From: Catajapyx aquilonaris
Taxonomy: Eukaryota
Reading direction: 5' to 3'
Length of the DNA: 52,591 nucleotides
Assembly: GCA_000934665.2 (NCBI GenBank)
Contig: JYFJ02002704.1
Location: forward strand, 1 to 52,591
Below the pieces are notes generated by a model. That model was not told where the DNA came from and did not search any database. It worked only from the letters and a program-made list of their open reading frames with translations. Below, piece by piece: positions 26,520-39,007 of this stretch. The position numbers and the translations under genes were made by a program. Within the stretch, counting starts at the first letter, position 1; each line of letters opens with the position of its first letter.

Positions 26520-27504
26520 CTGTAAGAAATGGAAGATGATGAGCATGGCACGCCATGACAGGTTCCAATGCATGTATGGCAACAGGCCAACAGCCCATCC
26601 CTTCCCACCACTGCACTGGTGCGTTTGTGAGGTTCGAAGCCTGTAAAGTACCGTGAGTGTACAAGCACTGTTCCCATGGCAGCAGGGCAGCGACTGGGGC
26701 TGGTCCTAGTGGGCGACCATTAATGTACAGGTGTTCTGGTCGTCGTCGTCATCGTCCGGAGTCTCGTCCTGGGCCAGTTGGCGACCCTGTTGACCGTGTT
26801 CCGGAAGGTTATTTGCATACGACCTGTCTAATGGCCTGGCGCCGCACTGCCCTCACCCCAAACAGGCGATGCGAACATCGACAATAGTCTAAAGCCTCCC
26901 TCTCGCCTCGGTTTAGTCGGTTACCACCACTCCTGACTTCTACTAGTCGCTTGCCCGAGTGCCCTTTCCCAGGAGGGTGAAACTGGAGAGGCGGAATTGG
27001 TTCCTAGACTATGTAGTTCGGAAGTATTACGATGGCGCACTGCGGTCGATCAATTCGCAAAACCTGATTATGAATAGTATTTATTTTAATGCTGCATGTA
27101 ATTAAAGTGATAATGAAGTCTAATTACTTACGTAATTTTGTAAACGATTAATAATTAAATGGAGTCACGTGACATGGCGCGTGTCATTTGTCATGCAATT
27201 TTTTATTCCAAACCCCGGGGTCATCGACCTCTTCCCGCCATTGCATATTGAATTTATTAAGATTCGAACTAAAGAAATACGTGTGTGAGCAATATTTGAA
27301 ACATCTGCCTCCTACTATGCTCGAAACTGGGCTACATAATTAGGCCTATGTGCCCTTCCAGGTGTTCCCCATGACCCATCTTTCTGTGGAAACCTGCTAG
27401 TGAATGTGAAAGCGGATACTATTTCTACACCAAAAATGAAATACGTGGTGAGCATTTAGAAGCTGAGCCACCACTTCGCCAGGACATGCTGACAACCACC
27501 CGTG

Positions 27505-27593
<89 letters not shown>

Positions 27594-27872
27594 TTCATAC
27601 CCCGTTATCAGCCGGCGCGGCGGCTCTTTAGGGGGGAAATTTTTGTTTTGACTGGAACTCTTTGCTTTCATTTTACTGTGCTCTTTGGGATAGGATAGGG
27701 ACGGAAGGAAGCAGCTGTGGCCTGTTGTTACGGAAACGACCCCAGAATTATCCTGGAAGGACCGTGGGAAACCACAGAAAACCACGGTCAGGGTCGCCGG
27801 CCCCGGGATTCGAACCCAGGACCTCCCGATTAGCAGGCGGACTCCATATCCACTACACCAACCTGCTTCGGT
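27505..27872 (-). mobile_element. tRNA-derived SINE, family B, with (TTA)n tail
   Basis: Reverse-complement match to 11660-11935; B box GGTTCGAATCC; the plus-strand (ATA)n run at 27505-27589 is its tail. Confidence 0.88.
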
Positions 27873-28685
27873 ATGATTTAAGAATTATTATGCACACCAT
27901 CCAATCCTATAAATTGTACGTTACTCTGTGGTCATGTATTAAATTAGGACAGTAGACTAGCTCATACACACTGTGTAATACAAAATGTTTTAAGTTAGCC
28001 TATATTCTTTTACTATTTTTCTCGTATATTATTGTAAGTTATGTATGATATTAATACTAGAGTGACATCTATAAATTGTTCATCTTTGTCACACCACGTG
28101 TAATTATTAGCTCTCTAGTAATATGTCACACAATTGTTATCGATTGTTATCTTCATCATGTCATTTGTATAGTAAATGTGTAAATATTTGTAAAATATTT
28201 ATAAATTTTTTTCAACAGAACAGGAATATAAACTATATTCTACTCTATTTGTTGTTTTGTTCAATGAGGAAATCAATTGCGGTTTCTACTCAATATCTAC
28301 GACATCAGTGCAGATTTTCTTCGTACCATAGGTACCGGCTTTTCTGGTGATAAAAGTGCCAGGAAGGCTTCATATAGGTCCCCATGCAACCTCATCGTAG
28401 TCATGTGAGATAGGGTATACAGACTATACAGTGACATGGGAAGGTAATATGGTCACCTGCTGATCATTTTGGGCAACTAATGTGTTGTTGCTTATTGGTG
28501 AAGGAGCTGGAACCTCTTCGACATCTGGAACCTTGTCTCCCATCAGCTGCTGCTGTTGTATCCCTTCTGGTGTAGACAGGAAGGGCGGTGTACTTGGCAG
28601 TGGGTTCAGCATAGGCGGTGAGGCTGCCCCAACGTGATGTCTTCACTTGGTGTTCCTTTTTCCCATCTTGACTGTATGTCTAAGA

Positions 28686-29000
28686 CTACCTGTCTTTATT
28701 TGCATATTTACAGGACTGGAGTTGGAACTGTACTGATAGTATTGACTGTATAAGCATACACCGGATTTGGGTACAGGTGCAGGAGACAGTGGACTGGGGA
28801 TTTCTGAACAGGGTGCAGAGCTCACTAATTGACAATTCCATGCAAAGCCACACCAGGAACAAACCCAGTGCAATTCGCACAGAATGCACATCAGAAGGCT
28901 TGACCACTCTCTCCAGGAAGGATAGGACAAGCTGGAACTGTTCTTTTGTCAAACGTGTCATTGAATGTACATCATCATCAGTTAAGGAATTATTGCCAAA
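28686..29000 (-). mobile_element. Decayed ISL2EU/Harbinger-type transposase fragment (helix-turn-helix region)
   Basis: NSLTDDDVHSMTRLTKEQFQLVLSFL...SVRIALGLFLVWLCMELSISELCTLFRNPQSTVS resembles the TGLT..QF / ALxxFLxxLR.xLS..xL..LF....STVS pattern preceding DDE_Tnp_4 domains. Stops in flanking sequence. Confidence 0.6.
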
Positions 29001-30451
29001 GTGGATATGGGAGGGTGTTGAAGTAATGAAGTAGTAGTCGTGGTGTATCCAGGGACTGCAGAAAGAGCTGTAAAGCTTCTCCCATAGGACAATTCAGTCT
29101 GGTCAGCTTCCACAGCCTTGTCAAACTTCACTCCAAGGTTCAACATGCCATACAGTCTAACATGCAAACTGCAGAGGCAAAGTTTCATACTGCAGTAAAC
29201 ATCTGACTGGGTGGCCTTGGTCACCCATCTTTGAGGCCATCCCAGGAAGGTTAAAAAATTGGAGGCCACAAGCCATGCATGCACATCGCCTTAATTTGGC
29301 TGTACTGTAGGAACAGTTTGAACCACAGATGCAGAAGTTTCGGAAAGGGAAGAAACAGTTGTCATGCAAGACAATGCCAAAGCAATAGCAATAAGTGAAA
29401 AACCACAGTAAAGGCTGTAAAATAAAAAAAATGGATGGTAAGTGATGCAACTTACATGGAACCCTTATTGTACCATCCATGAAATACAACAACTCAAGAT
29501 TTATGGCATGCTGACAGACCTCTGCAAGCACAAATTAATAATGTCAGTCAGGTCATTCAAATTGTTGACATGAACATGACAGCTCTATAAAGCTCCTACA
29601 TTCATAATTAGATTTAAAATAAATATCATGACATTCAATTTGTGTCACTCTTAAGCACCAAGTCCTATCAAAGAGTCAGTCATGATTTTGTACATGTCAT
29701 GTTTTTACATAATACAGGGTGTCCACAATGAACCTCCCTCGTTTCAAAGTGTGGTAAAAAAATAGAAATGAGGAAGTATAATTATAATAAGGTTTTGGTT
29801 GTTTAAACAGTCTGGAGAATCATCAATACAAGTTTCATACTGAATTTTTGGAACAGCCTATGTGATGCGGTGGTGCTCCTGTGGGGGATGCTGTCGAATA
29901 GCATCTACAATGGGGAAAATGCAAGTTGTGTGGTGGTTAGCCGAACTTAATTTGATCACAGAAGTGCTGGACATGCTGAATATTTCGCCTTTCCACAACT
30001 CCAAGACACAGTCTATGCAACTAAAGTGGACAGCACAAATAATGACGTGTCCTCCATCACCCTTGACATGCTGGAGAGAACCTCGGGGGAGGAAGACTTT
30101 CGGCTTAAAATTGTGCTTGATACTAAACCAACAATATAGTGGAAGGCTACTTATTTTTTTTACGTAAACTTGATGAGTGTCCCTTATCATTTCGCCACCA
30201 TGGTCCAGTACTTACTCTCTACAATGTACAGTTTCAATATCTCAAAATCACACATACACAACAAGCAACACACAATCATCACAGCATTGCCCCATGAAGG
30301 AGTAGCCAGCAATGGCAGGTGATGCATCACCTAGCCATCTCATTGACATTGACAATGTATCCTCTGGCAACTGATCAAATCAGGTTTTGCCATTATGAAT
30401 ATAATCGACATTCAAAGCTATACAGTATATATATAACATTATACTTTATGC

Positions 30452-30985
30452 AACAGTTCCAGCTTGTCCTATCCTTCCTGATATAGTGGTCAAGCCCTCT
30501 GATGTGCGTTCTGTGCAAATGGCACTGGGTTTGTTCCTGGTGTGGCTTTGCATGGATTATTGTCAATTAGTGAGCTCTGCACCTTGCTAAGAATCCCCCA
30601 GTCCACTGTCTCCTGCACCTGTACCCAAATCCGGTCTGTGCTTATGGTCAATATACGTAGTCAATACTGTCAACTGTACAGTTCCAACTCCAGTCCTGTC
30701 AATATGCAAATAAAGACATACAGGCCTTAGTCAGTCAAGATGGGAAAAAGGAATACCAAGTGAAGACATCACGTTGGGTCGGCCACAACCTATACCACTC
30801 CTACGCCTCATCGCCTATTCTGAGCCCACTGCCAAGTGCACCGCCCCTCCTGTCTACACCGGAAGGGATACAACAGCAGCAACTGATGGGACAAGGTTCC
30901 AGATGTCGAAGAGGTTCCAGCCCCTCCACCAACAAGCAACAACACATTAGGTGTCCAAAATGATCAGATGTGTACAGGTGACCGT
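30452..30985 (+). repeat. Inverted duplicate of about 28450-28942
   Basis: Colinear reverse-complement match over about 500 bp with scattered substitutions and indels. Confidence 0.92.
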
Positions 30986-31434
30986 GAAGGTAATACGGTC
31001 ACCTGTACACATAGTGACACTACCAGGTAGTGTCACTATTTTCGGAAAGGATACTTTATGAGCTTTAATTTCAGAATTGCTTAAGTAAAAATATGGTGCA
31101 GCTTACATCAATTCGTGAAGGTCTTACTTGCGCCTGCCTTGTTTCACTACTTTCATTTCGCCACGGAGGTCTTACTCTCTTTTTTAAATGAAGGGAATGT
31201 TTTTGCTCTTATACAGTACATAACAATATATGGGTAAATAATCAGCACGAACTTGACAAATGCACACAATAATAATGCAAGCTTTTTACTACCCTATCAC
31301 CAGATAATCACATGACTCTGCAGGGAAGGCTCTCAACATCATCTTCAGCTTCATTATAGGTTAGAAAATATGTGCAAATACCTCATCAATTATGCATTGC
31401 ATATTCATTCACTGTGCACAGTCTGTCACTAATA

Positions 31435-32041
31435 CCGTAAAACTTCTACAAGTCGAATCTCTATAGGACCAGAAAAACTTCGAGTCATAGAAGATTTGAG
31501 TTAGATAAGGTTGGGTTTTTTGAAGCACATAACTCTATAAGGAAGCCTACAGTCTTTATATTCGGCGACGAAAAATGTTCAAAATTTTAAAATAACTGTC
31601 ACTATCACACTTACAATGTTCCTCGTTGTTTTGTTGTAAAAAAAAAACTCCATTATGGACATTTGCCTACTCTTAGATTCAAGGATTCAATTGTCCCTAT
31701 CGAGTCAAACACTTCTTTCGGTAGGTCTGGTCGACGAAGATCAGGATATTGAGATTTTCTGTACATGTGGCCTACTCTCTACCCTTCGGCTGGGAAATGA
31801 GAACATTTTCCGTACTCTCCAACATGAACTTCAACTTAGGGAGACTGAAAATGAATTGATATTCCATGGTAAGGCCCTGCCAGCACTTCGAGTTATAGAC
31901 CTTCCAGTTTGGGGAGTTTATGTCCTGTTATTTTACATTGTGACCAACCAGCAAGCTCATAATTTATTTTCTTCGACTTGTAGAGAACTTCGACTTAGGG
32001 AACTTCGACTTAGGGAAGTTCGACTTATGGAAGTTTTACTG
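31435..32041. mobile_element. Tigger/pogo-like MITE
   Basis: TA|CCGTAAAACTTC...GAAGTTTTACTG|TA with subterminal GAACTTCGACTTAGG repeats. Confidence 0.8.
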
Positions 32042-33475
32042 TAGTTTGTTCATTGACACTGACATTGACTTTCCACATCTTCCTGGTAGTTATGACAGGA
32101 GTAAGAATAAGGCTAAGTGGCCAAAACTACTGCAAGCAAATCAGCAAGCAATATGCATGTGACTACCCTGTATCAAAATAATGCTGTCAAGTTTGTTGCA
32201 TGTTATGATTTTCATAAGCAGTTGCTATGCCAATGTAATGCATTCTTAATGTCACTGTTACCACAGTCATTATAACTGTTTGACTGTTTGCAATTCCTCA
32301 ATGACTCTTCATGTTATATAGATAAAACAACCTTAGTTAGAAAATGAAGCAGAAACTATCTCCATCATGATAATGAAACAGAACATGTGCACATAAATAT
32401 AGCAATTGCATTTTAAAAAACAGGTTACATTGACAGCAATCAATACAGCAGTTGTGTATGGTATTCAGCATAATTATATAGAGTATACTCACCATTCATG
32501 CATCCTTGAAAATGGACCATGTCTGTAGAATCACCATCACGGCATCACTATACAAGCAAGTCCCACCAACCTCACTACTATGACCGGAAGTGTCATGCTG
32601 GCCATCACCACAATACGAGGAGTCATCAGCATGCACAAAACCAGAACCACCAAGTGATTCAACAGTACCAGATGTACCAGAAGTCCACAAGGAGTAGTGC
32701 TGCCACATTGCCAGAAGCAGCTTGTTCCAGTCACATCACTTGTATGCTTGTATCAGGCACTAGGCCTACATTAGTGGGCTGACAGTGAGCTCCTGAAAAA
32801 TCAGAAATAAACTATTTTACGGACATCACAGTCTTATGACCATCATCATATCCACTGTGACTGACGTTTCCAGCTGGTTCTGTACCTTTTAGTGGCTGGA
32901 AACAATATTGTTGTTAGCCATATTTTTACAACAAACACAGAGTGCAACAATGGTTCAGGTCTCAATAAAGAGGCTTGCCCCCAGCACACAGGTCGCTTGC
33001 GGTGGATGTGATAATAGGCCATGTGGTACCAGAAATATACTGTTGCAAAGCAACCCATATTATCAGGTTTTTTCTGTTGAATATTGTATTACAACTGGAC
33101 AGTAACAGCAGTAGGGGCCTATATGCAGCATATATTGGTCGCACTTACCACAGCAAATCCTAGCATGCAACCCTTGCACGCATGTCCATCAACACCTCCA
33201 GACACTTTTGGTGCGGCCAAGTTTGGTTCCAGTGTGTGTACCGGCCGAACGGGAGGTGTAAGGTCAGGGTAAGGTAATGGAAGGCGATCAATGCGATGTA
33301 GTGGTGTCCCGAAGGTCAGGGACGGAGAGCGACGGAACAACGAAGGTAGGCCGATCATATGTACGACGACGAAGACCTGACGAAGACGACGAGTATGGCA
33401 AGGCCCCTCTTCGCCGTCGTTGCCCTGGGAGCTGCGGCAACGTCGCATCCGTCGAGGTGGGAGCAGGAGTGAGGN

Positions 33476-33515
<40 letters not shown>

Positions 33516-33519
33516 ACAG

Positions 33520-33620
33520 GCAGCACCCTTGGCGCATGCGCCGTGCCCCATCATACGTCACTACGGTGGAAGGTATGACGTCACATGCGAAGGCTCGGTG
33601 GTGACGTGGCCAGTGGCGAG
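33520..33620. promoter_or_regulatory. CpG-rich promoter-like cluster
   Basis: NRF1-type GCGCATGCGC at 33532-33541 and CRE TGACGTCA at 33576-33583 within a GC-rich island. Confidence 0.35.
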
Positions 33621-35644
33621 GGGGAGAACAAGGCCGCGAAGGAGGCGGCAATTCAAATGCAGTTAGCAGAAGCCTTCTACGTCCCTGCTCCGCGACCGTG
33701 AAGCACCTATCATGGCTAGAAATATGCAATGCATACCAAATGAAAGCTCTTCAAGCTCCGTCTAATGAGGCGCATGTCCATCGGAGAGTTTGAGCGGGGA
33801 GAGGTTGGTTAACTTGATCTGGTACTTTTGGTATACGCCACGGATGGCGATAGCTGGCAGGGCATGATCGCCTACTGATAATCGGAGGCTAGCGCTTCTG
33901 GCTATGCATCATAGATGGAGTTGCTGAAATGCCGCGGTACGCTCGAAAAGTTCCAAACACTCCATTTTTGAGGAAATAGGACAAGGTGTTGCACAATTTC
34001 CTGAATAAGGGCCCTTATTCAGGCCACAGGATGACATTCTTGTGTGACACAGTAATGTTCAAAGCCATCACTCCCGGGACCCGCAACATTGACATAATTA
34101 TCATATCTGACTTAGTTCATTCCATGCTTTACGAACACCATTCATTTAAGGTCAATTCCCGTGCGAATGACGGGTGGCCTGCTGGTTCCCCATAGGCCTC
34201 AATATCCCCAATTCGTAACGTCTGAGTCACACGCTGTGAGCTGATTTGCACGGATCGGTAATTTTTTGATGCCTTTGGAAAAAATCAGACCTCATAAATA
34301 AAGTACGGAAAATGAGAGAACGATCTGAAGTCATCAAGGTTTCCATGGAAATACCCTCACAGAACAATATGAGTAGTATACATAAATAATGTCAACAAAA
34401 GGCAACAATGGAAGAAACGATGACGTCAGATCGTTCTCTCGTTTCGGTACATTATGGAGTGAGATGCAGTTTGTTAGTTGCATAGAATTACCTGATAGTG
34501 AGTTGCAGGTTAATATGAACCTTAACGTGGCAATTTTAATTCCCAAAGTTACGAGCTTAAATGTCAGCCAATCGGCAGGCAGGAGTTCCAACATGGCCAT
34601 CTCAGTGAAGGCCTCGGTTGCCAGGTTCAGCCTCTACCTGACCAAACCCCAGGAGAGGGGAGGAGGAGAACGCGGGATAATTTCCACCTGGCACCTGTGA
34701 TCCCCTTCCTTCTCGCACATCCTCAGATGGCGGTCGGGTGCTATTAGCCGTTTCCCCTCTTTTTATTGTTCAGGTCCTCCCCTTTGTTGTTTTGAGCCGA
34801 GTTAAGTCGTACCTTTGTCGCACATCCCGTCCCGCCTGCACAGTCCGTAGCAACCTGTGACAGAGAAGGTGCCGACTGTCGAGAGACGCGGCATCGAAGT
34901 CTGTTCGCGTCGGGTCCACGTGTCGGGTCTATCTCCATGCAAGGCTGGCGCATCACGAAGGAGGTGAGTCTCAGTCTACTCATAATGCGTCTTTATTACA
35001 ACGGTTTGTGTGCACGATGCACGTGAACGGATGCTGGACAATGAACCAGCTCACTTTTTTGGCAATGAAAGGTCAAATGCATGTAATACTCTAATTATTA
35101 ATGTAATAGCATAGTGATCCTAGTTCTAGGGGGGAAACTGTGCGTGAGATTGTTAACTCTTATTCATAGCAGGTAAAATCAATCAGGTAGAATATGGCCC
35201 TGCGTTTTAAGATATCTACAGGTGCCAGGTGGGGTCGTATGTTCCCATAGTCCACAGAGCATTGAATGACATTATCCAAGTCTCCCCTAGCAGGTGACTG
35301 GCTTAAACATAGCATCGATAAAAAGTAGAAATTCTGGGTTTTGAAATATTGCTGTCAAAGTCCATTAAAGAGGCAAAACGATCATATTGACCTTTATGGC
35401 ATTTAGGATAGCATCCCACAAAAAATGTAGCCTAGACGGTTTGAATGGTATGTAATATCAGGAGGTGAGATGATTTACTGCAATTTACGAATTCGCTTGC
35501 ATGCTTTTATTTTTTACCATGATGTTCTGGCACTTGACCTGCATTCTGTCCCATATGATGCTGAAAATCTAACGGTATCATGAAGATGGTAGCCTAGGGT
35601 TAATAAATGAAATAATAGTATTTTTAACTCTTATATTCACAATA

Positions 35645-35822
35645 CAGGTGACTCTAAAGTCTGGATACATACTGTAGGTAATTGGATTCTATTGTTGTTT
35701 TCCAGTTATGCCAACAATGCCAATGCAACCTTTACTGACTGTCAACAGTCTGCTAGTTGGCACAACTGGAAACCAACAGTACAATCAAATTACTTATGCA
35801 TCCATACTTTAGAGTCACCTTG
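35645..35822. mobile_element. Small TA-flanked MITE
   Basis: CAGGTGACTCTAAAGT...ACTTTAGAGTCACCT inverted arms. Confidence 0.65.
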
Positions 35823-35911
35823 TATATTATGGATGGACAAAAGTTTTATACACATTATATTGAGAAGCAAATTCCAGTTTATTGTGATTCACCCAAATGT
35901 TATGCTCGAAA

Positions 35912-36287
35912 GGGATAGAGTTGGCCTTACTGGCGTGCGGGAGGCGGGAGGGTAGTAGTTGGTGGGGACAGCGGGCTGTGTCGCAAAGGCAAGGATAAAG
36001 GATATGCGTGTACCCGCTGAAGATAGGTCTGTATGGCTGAAGATAGGTCTGTATGGCTGAAGATAGGTCTGTATCCGCAAGGAAGGAAGGTTAGGCTTGG
36101 TTAGGTTAGGTTAGGTTATAGGTTAGGTTGGTTGAGAAGAAGGAGAGAAGGGGTTGGTTACAGCATATCCCTTCCCAAATCCAAAACAATCAATCCTTGC
36201 ATCCTTGCCTTTGCGACACTGCCAAGCTGCCCCCAGCCACCACTCACCCTGCCGCCTCTCGCACGCCAGTAAGGCTTACTCTTTCCC
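35912..36287. mobile_element. Inverted-repeat element with an internal 20-bp tandem repeat and a (TTAGG)n-like tract
   Basis: Arms gccttactggcgtgcg...gtgtcgcaaaggcaaggat and atccttgcctttgcgacac...cgcacgccagtaaggc; GCTGAAGATAGGTCTGTAT x3. Confidence 0.7.
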
Positions 36288-36997
36288 AAGAAGGATGCAC
36301 AAGATGCATGGGTGTGCTGCCCATGGTAGCCTGACTAGGGGGCCTTAGTGTAGGCCTACTGCTGTAGCATTTGACAATGATTTGTCAAGTGCAACATAAC
36401 TGCTACCCCATGTATGTTGTATCAATAGTCAAGGGGTGCAGTGAAAGCACTTTGAAAGTAGCAACATTTTGTCAAGTTTCCACTGACACCATGTACACAA
36501 TAGATGTCAATGCAGAAGCAGCACTTCTAGGTTCCAGGGTTCAGGGGATTTCAGGAAATTTCACTTAAAAGATTGCCATTGCTATGACAATATATTTTTT
36601 GGTAAAATGCAGATTTACTGATTCCATGCCAGTAGTGGCAGGTTAGATAAATTATTAAGGACATGAGATTCTTCAGGTGTCATATCCCAATTTAATGGGA
36701 AATGACGTTGCCCCTTAGTATGCCAGTCCATCAAATGGATACTCTAGCAAGCAAGTATCAGAGATAGGGTAGTGAAGAAAGCTTAATTATCATTACACCA
36801 CACCAGCATGAACTCAGAAAATAGATCAATCAAATTAGATGGTGCAAGTGCAAGAGTCATTACTTGTCAAATCAACACAGTTTTCGGAATGACCACCTCA
36901 GATTTTGATAATTTTTGGCATACTTGCAGGTTTCATTGGACATGTGAAAAAGTGTCCATTTTCAGTCCTCGAACTTCATCGGTTCAATAGTTATTAA

Positions 36998-38015
36998 CCC
37001 TTTGATGGCGACGGACATCATATGATGTCCGAGCTTACATTGCTGGAGGGCCTACGGACATCATAATAATGATGTCCTGAGATTTGCCCTGCCAACTTGG
37101 GTCGTTTTTCAACTCAAAAAATTTCAACCTCACCGATTTTCTTCAAATTCGGTGCATTGGTAGCCCACACCAAGGGATGACAAACCCACCTATAGTTCCC
37201 TGCTCGACATGACCCTGTGACCCATATTGGAGAGGGACATATGTCAATGCACCGAATTTCAAGAAAATCGGTGAGTAGGGCTGTGCGATATCCGAAATTG
37301 CATATCGACTTTCGATACTTAAAAAATATCGAATCAAAGTCGATATATCGAAAATCGAAAAACCGACATCGAAAAATATCGAAAAATATCGCAAACCGAC
37401 AGCGCAAAATATCACGATGTCGGTTTGCGATATTTTGCGATGTCGGTTTTTCGATTTTCGATATATCGACTTCGATGAGATATTTTTTGAGTATCGAAAG
37501 TCGATATGCAATTTCGGATATCGCACAGCCCTACCTATCGGTGAGGTCGAAATTTTATGATTTGACCTCTGCCCCCCTCAAAATTGGGTCACGAGGTCAT
37601 TTTGATCAAGTAACTATAGGTGCGTTTTTCATCCCTTGGTGTGGGCTACCAATGCACCGAATTTCAAGAAAATCGGTGAGGTCGAAATTTTATGATTTGA
37701 CCTCTGCCCCCCTCAAAATTGGGTCACGAGGTCATTTTGATCAGGTAACTATAGGTGCGTTTTTCATCCCTTGGTGTGGGCTACCAATGCACCGAATTTC
37801 AAAAAAATCGGTGAGGTCGAAATTTTATGATTTGACCTCTGCCCCCCTCAAAATTGGGTCACGAGGTCTTTTTGATCAGGTAACTATAGGTGCGTTTTTC
37901 ATCCTTTGGTGTGGGCTACCAATGAACCGAATTTCAAGAATATCGGTGAGGTCGAAATTTTATGATTTGACCTCTGCCCCCCTCAAAATTGGGTCACGAG
38001 GTCATTTGGATCAGG
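36998..38015. mobile_element. piggyBac-like non-autonomous element (left part) carrying a 119-bp tandem repeat
   Basis: TTAA|CCCTTTGA..GGACATCATATGATGTCC start, shared with 18899 and 51273; about 4 near-identical 119-bp units at 37538-38015. Confidence 0.7.
37276..37537. mobile_element. hAT-type palindromic MITE
   Basis: TAGGGCTGTGCGATATCCGAA...TTCGGATATCGCACAGCCCTA with 8-bp TSD TCGGTGAG (37268-37275 and 37538-37545). Confidence 0.88.
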
Positions 38016-38017
38016 TA

Positions 38018-39007
38018 CCGTCAAACGGGGTTACTTAAGCCGGGTGGTTAACTTAAGCCATTTTGCTGCGTAAATTTCGGACACTGATTTTGGCAACACT
38101 GTTTTGAGTTGAAATGTTATTTTTCGTGACATAAGTTCCATATTTAAGTGCAGTTTTGGACTGCATATTTGAATATTGTGTTTGTGTCAAAGGTAACTTT
38201 GTAAAATCTTAATTATGTTTAGGATAATTGCATCATAAATTTATACCCTACGTAACTTTCATCGCCAACATCATCTGTTTGAATTTAATTCGCTATAAGA
38301 TGATGAAACATAACCTGCAACAGTCCTTTTAAGGTAGTTATACTGCACAGCTTAAATTTTCATTTTGGTGTCAATATATACTTAAAAATTAATTGTTGCG
38401 TCATGTACGGGGTAACATACAGGCCACTTGTTCCAAGCCTGGCAAGAAGTGCGGGGATTAGATTCTGGGGGTCAGGAGAGTATAGTTGCTATGGCTGTGC
38501 GATATTTCGATACATCGACTGTCGATGCGATATTTTCCTAATATCGAAGTTGCGATATCCGACGCTTGGCATGTGCGATGTATCGAATATCGCGATGGCG
38601 GTTTTCGATATTTTTCGATGTCGGTTCGATGTCGGTTTTCGATATTTGTCGATGTCGGTTCGATGTCGATCTGCGATATTTTGCGACGGTTTTCGATGTC
38701 GGTTTTTCGATTTTCGATATATCGACTTCGATTCGATATTTTTCGGATATCGCACAGCCCTAGTAGTTGCCTAGTTGGGAGCATTGTTGATGATGAAATG
38801 TATGTTCACATATCAGAAATATTGTTTGTTCTGTACAGACGGTGAGCATAAAGAGAGGAAGCCATACTTTCCCTTATATGAACTGAAATTTTGAACAATA
38901 AATTTCTGGAGCAATATGCAAATGTTTATTTACGCCCTGTGACCGGACTTGGTTACCGTGTCATCGTCTATCATCATCGAAACACTGAATTCTTCCTGCT
39001 GGCTTAA
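38018..39007. mobile_element. pogo/Tigger-like element, left part
   Basis: TA|CCGTCAAACGGGGTTACTTAAGCC terminus; 38871-39008 matches window positions 143-280. Confidence 0.7.
38490..38762. mobile_element. hAT-type MITE, same family as 37276-37537
   Basis: GGCTGTGCGATAT...ATATCGCACAGCCCTA; TSD (A/G)TAGTTGC. Confidence 0.82.

Noticed and set aside
2741..27785. Poly-Y/N/L/I ORFs (2741, 3006, 19342, 19392, 27456)
   Set aside because: Translations of (TTA)n microsatellites.
3087..27872. tRNA genes at 3087, 11660, 15199 and 27800-27872
   Set aside because: A/B boxes are followed by shared non-tRNA bodies, simple-repeat tails and, in two cases, TSDs, so these are SINE heads.
33119..33666. Poly-Pro/Gly ORFs
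   Set aside because: Produced by a poly-G run adjoining an N assembly join.
37114..38845. Overlapping ORFs of up to 273 aa rich in R/Y/I/D/F/S
   Set aside because: Artefacts of CGATAT-rich MITEs and the 119-bp repeat.
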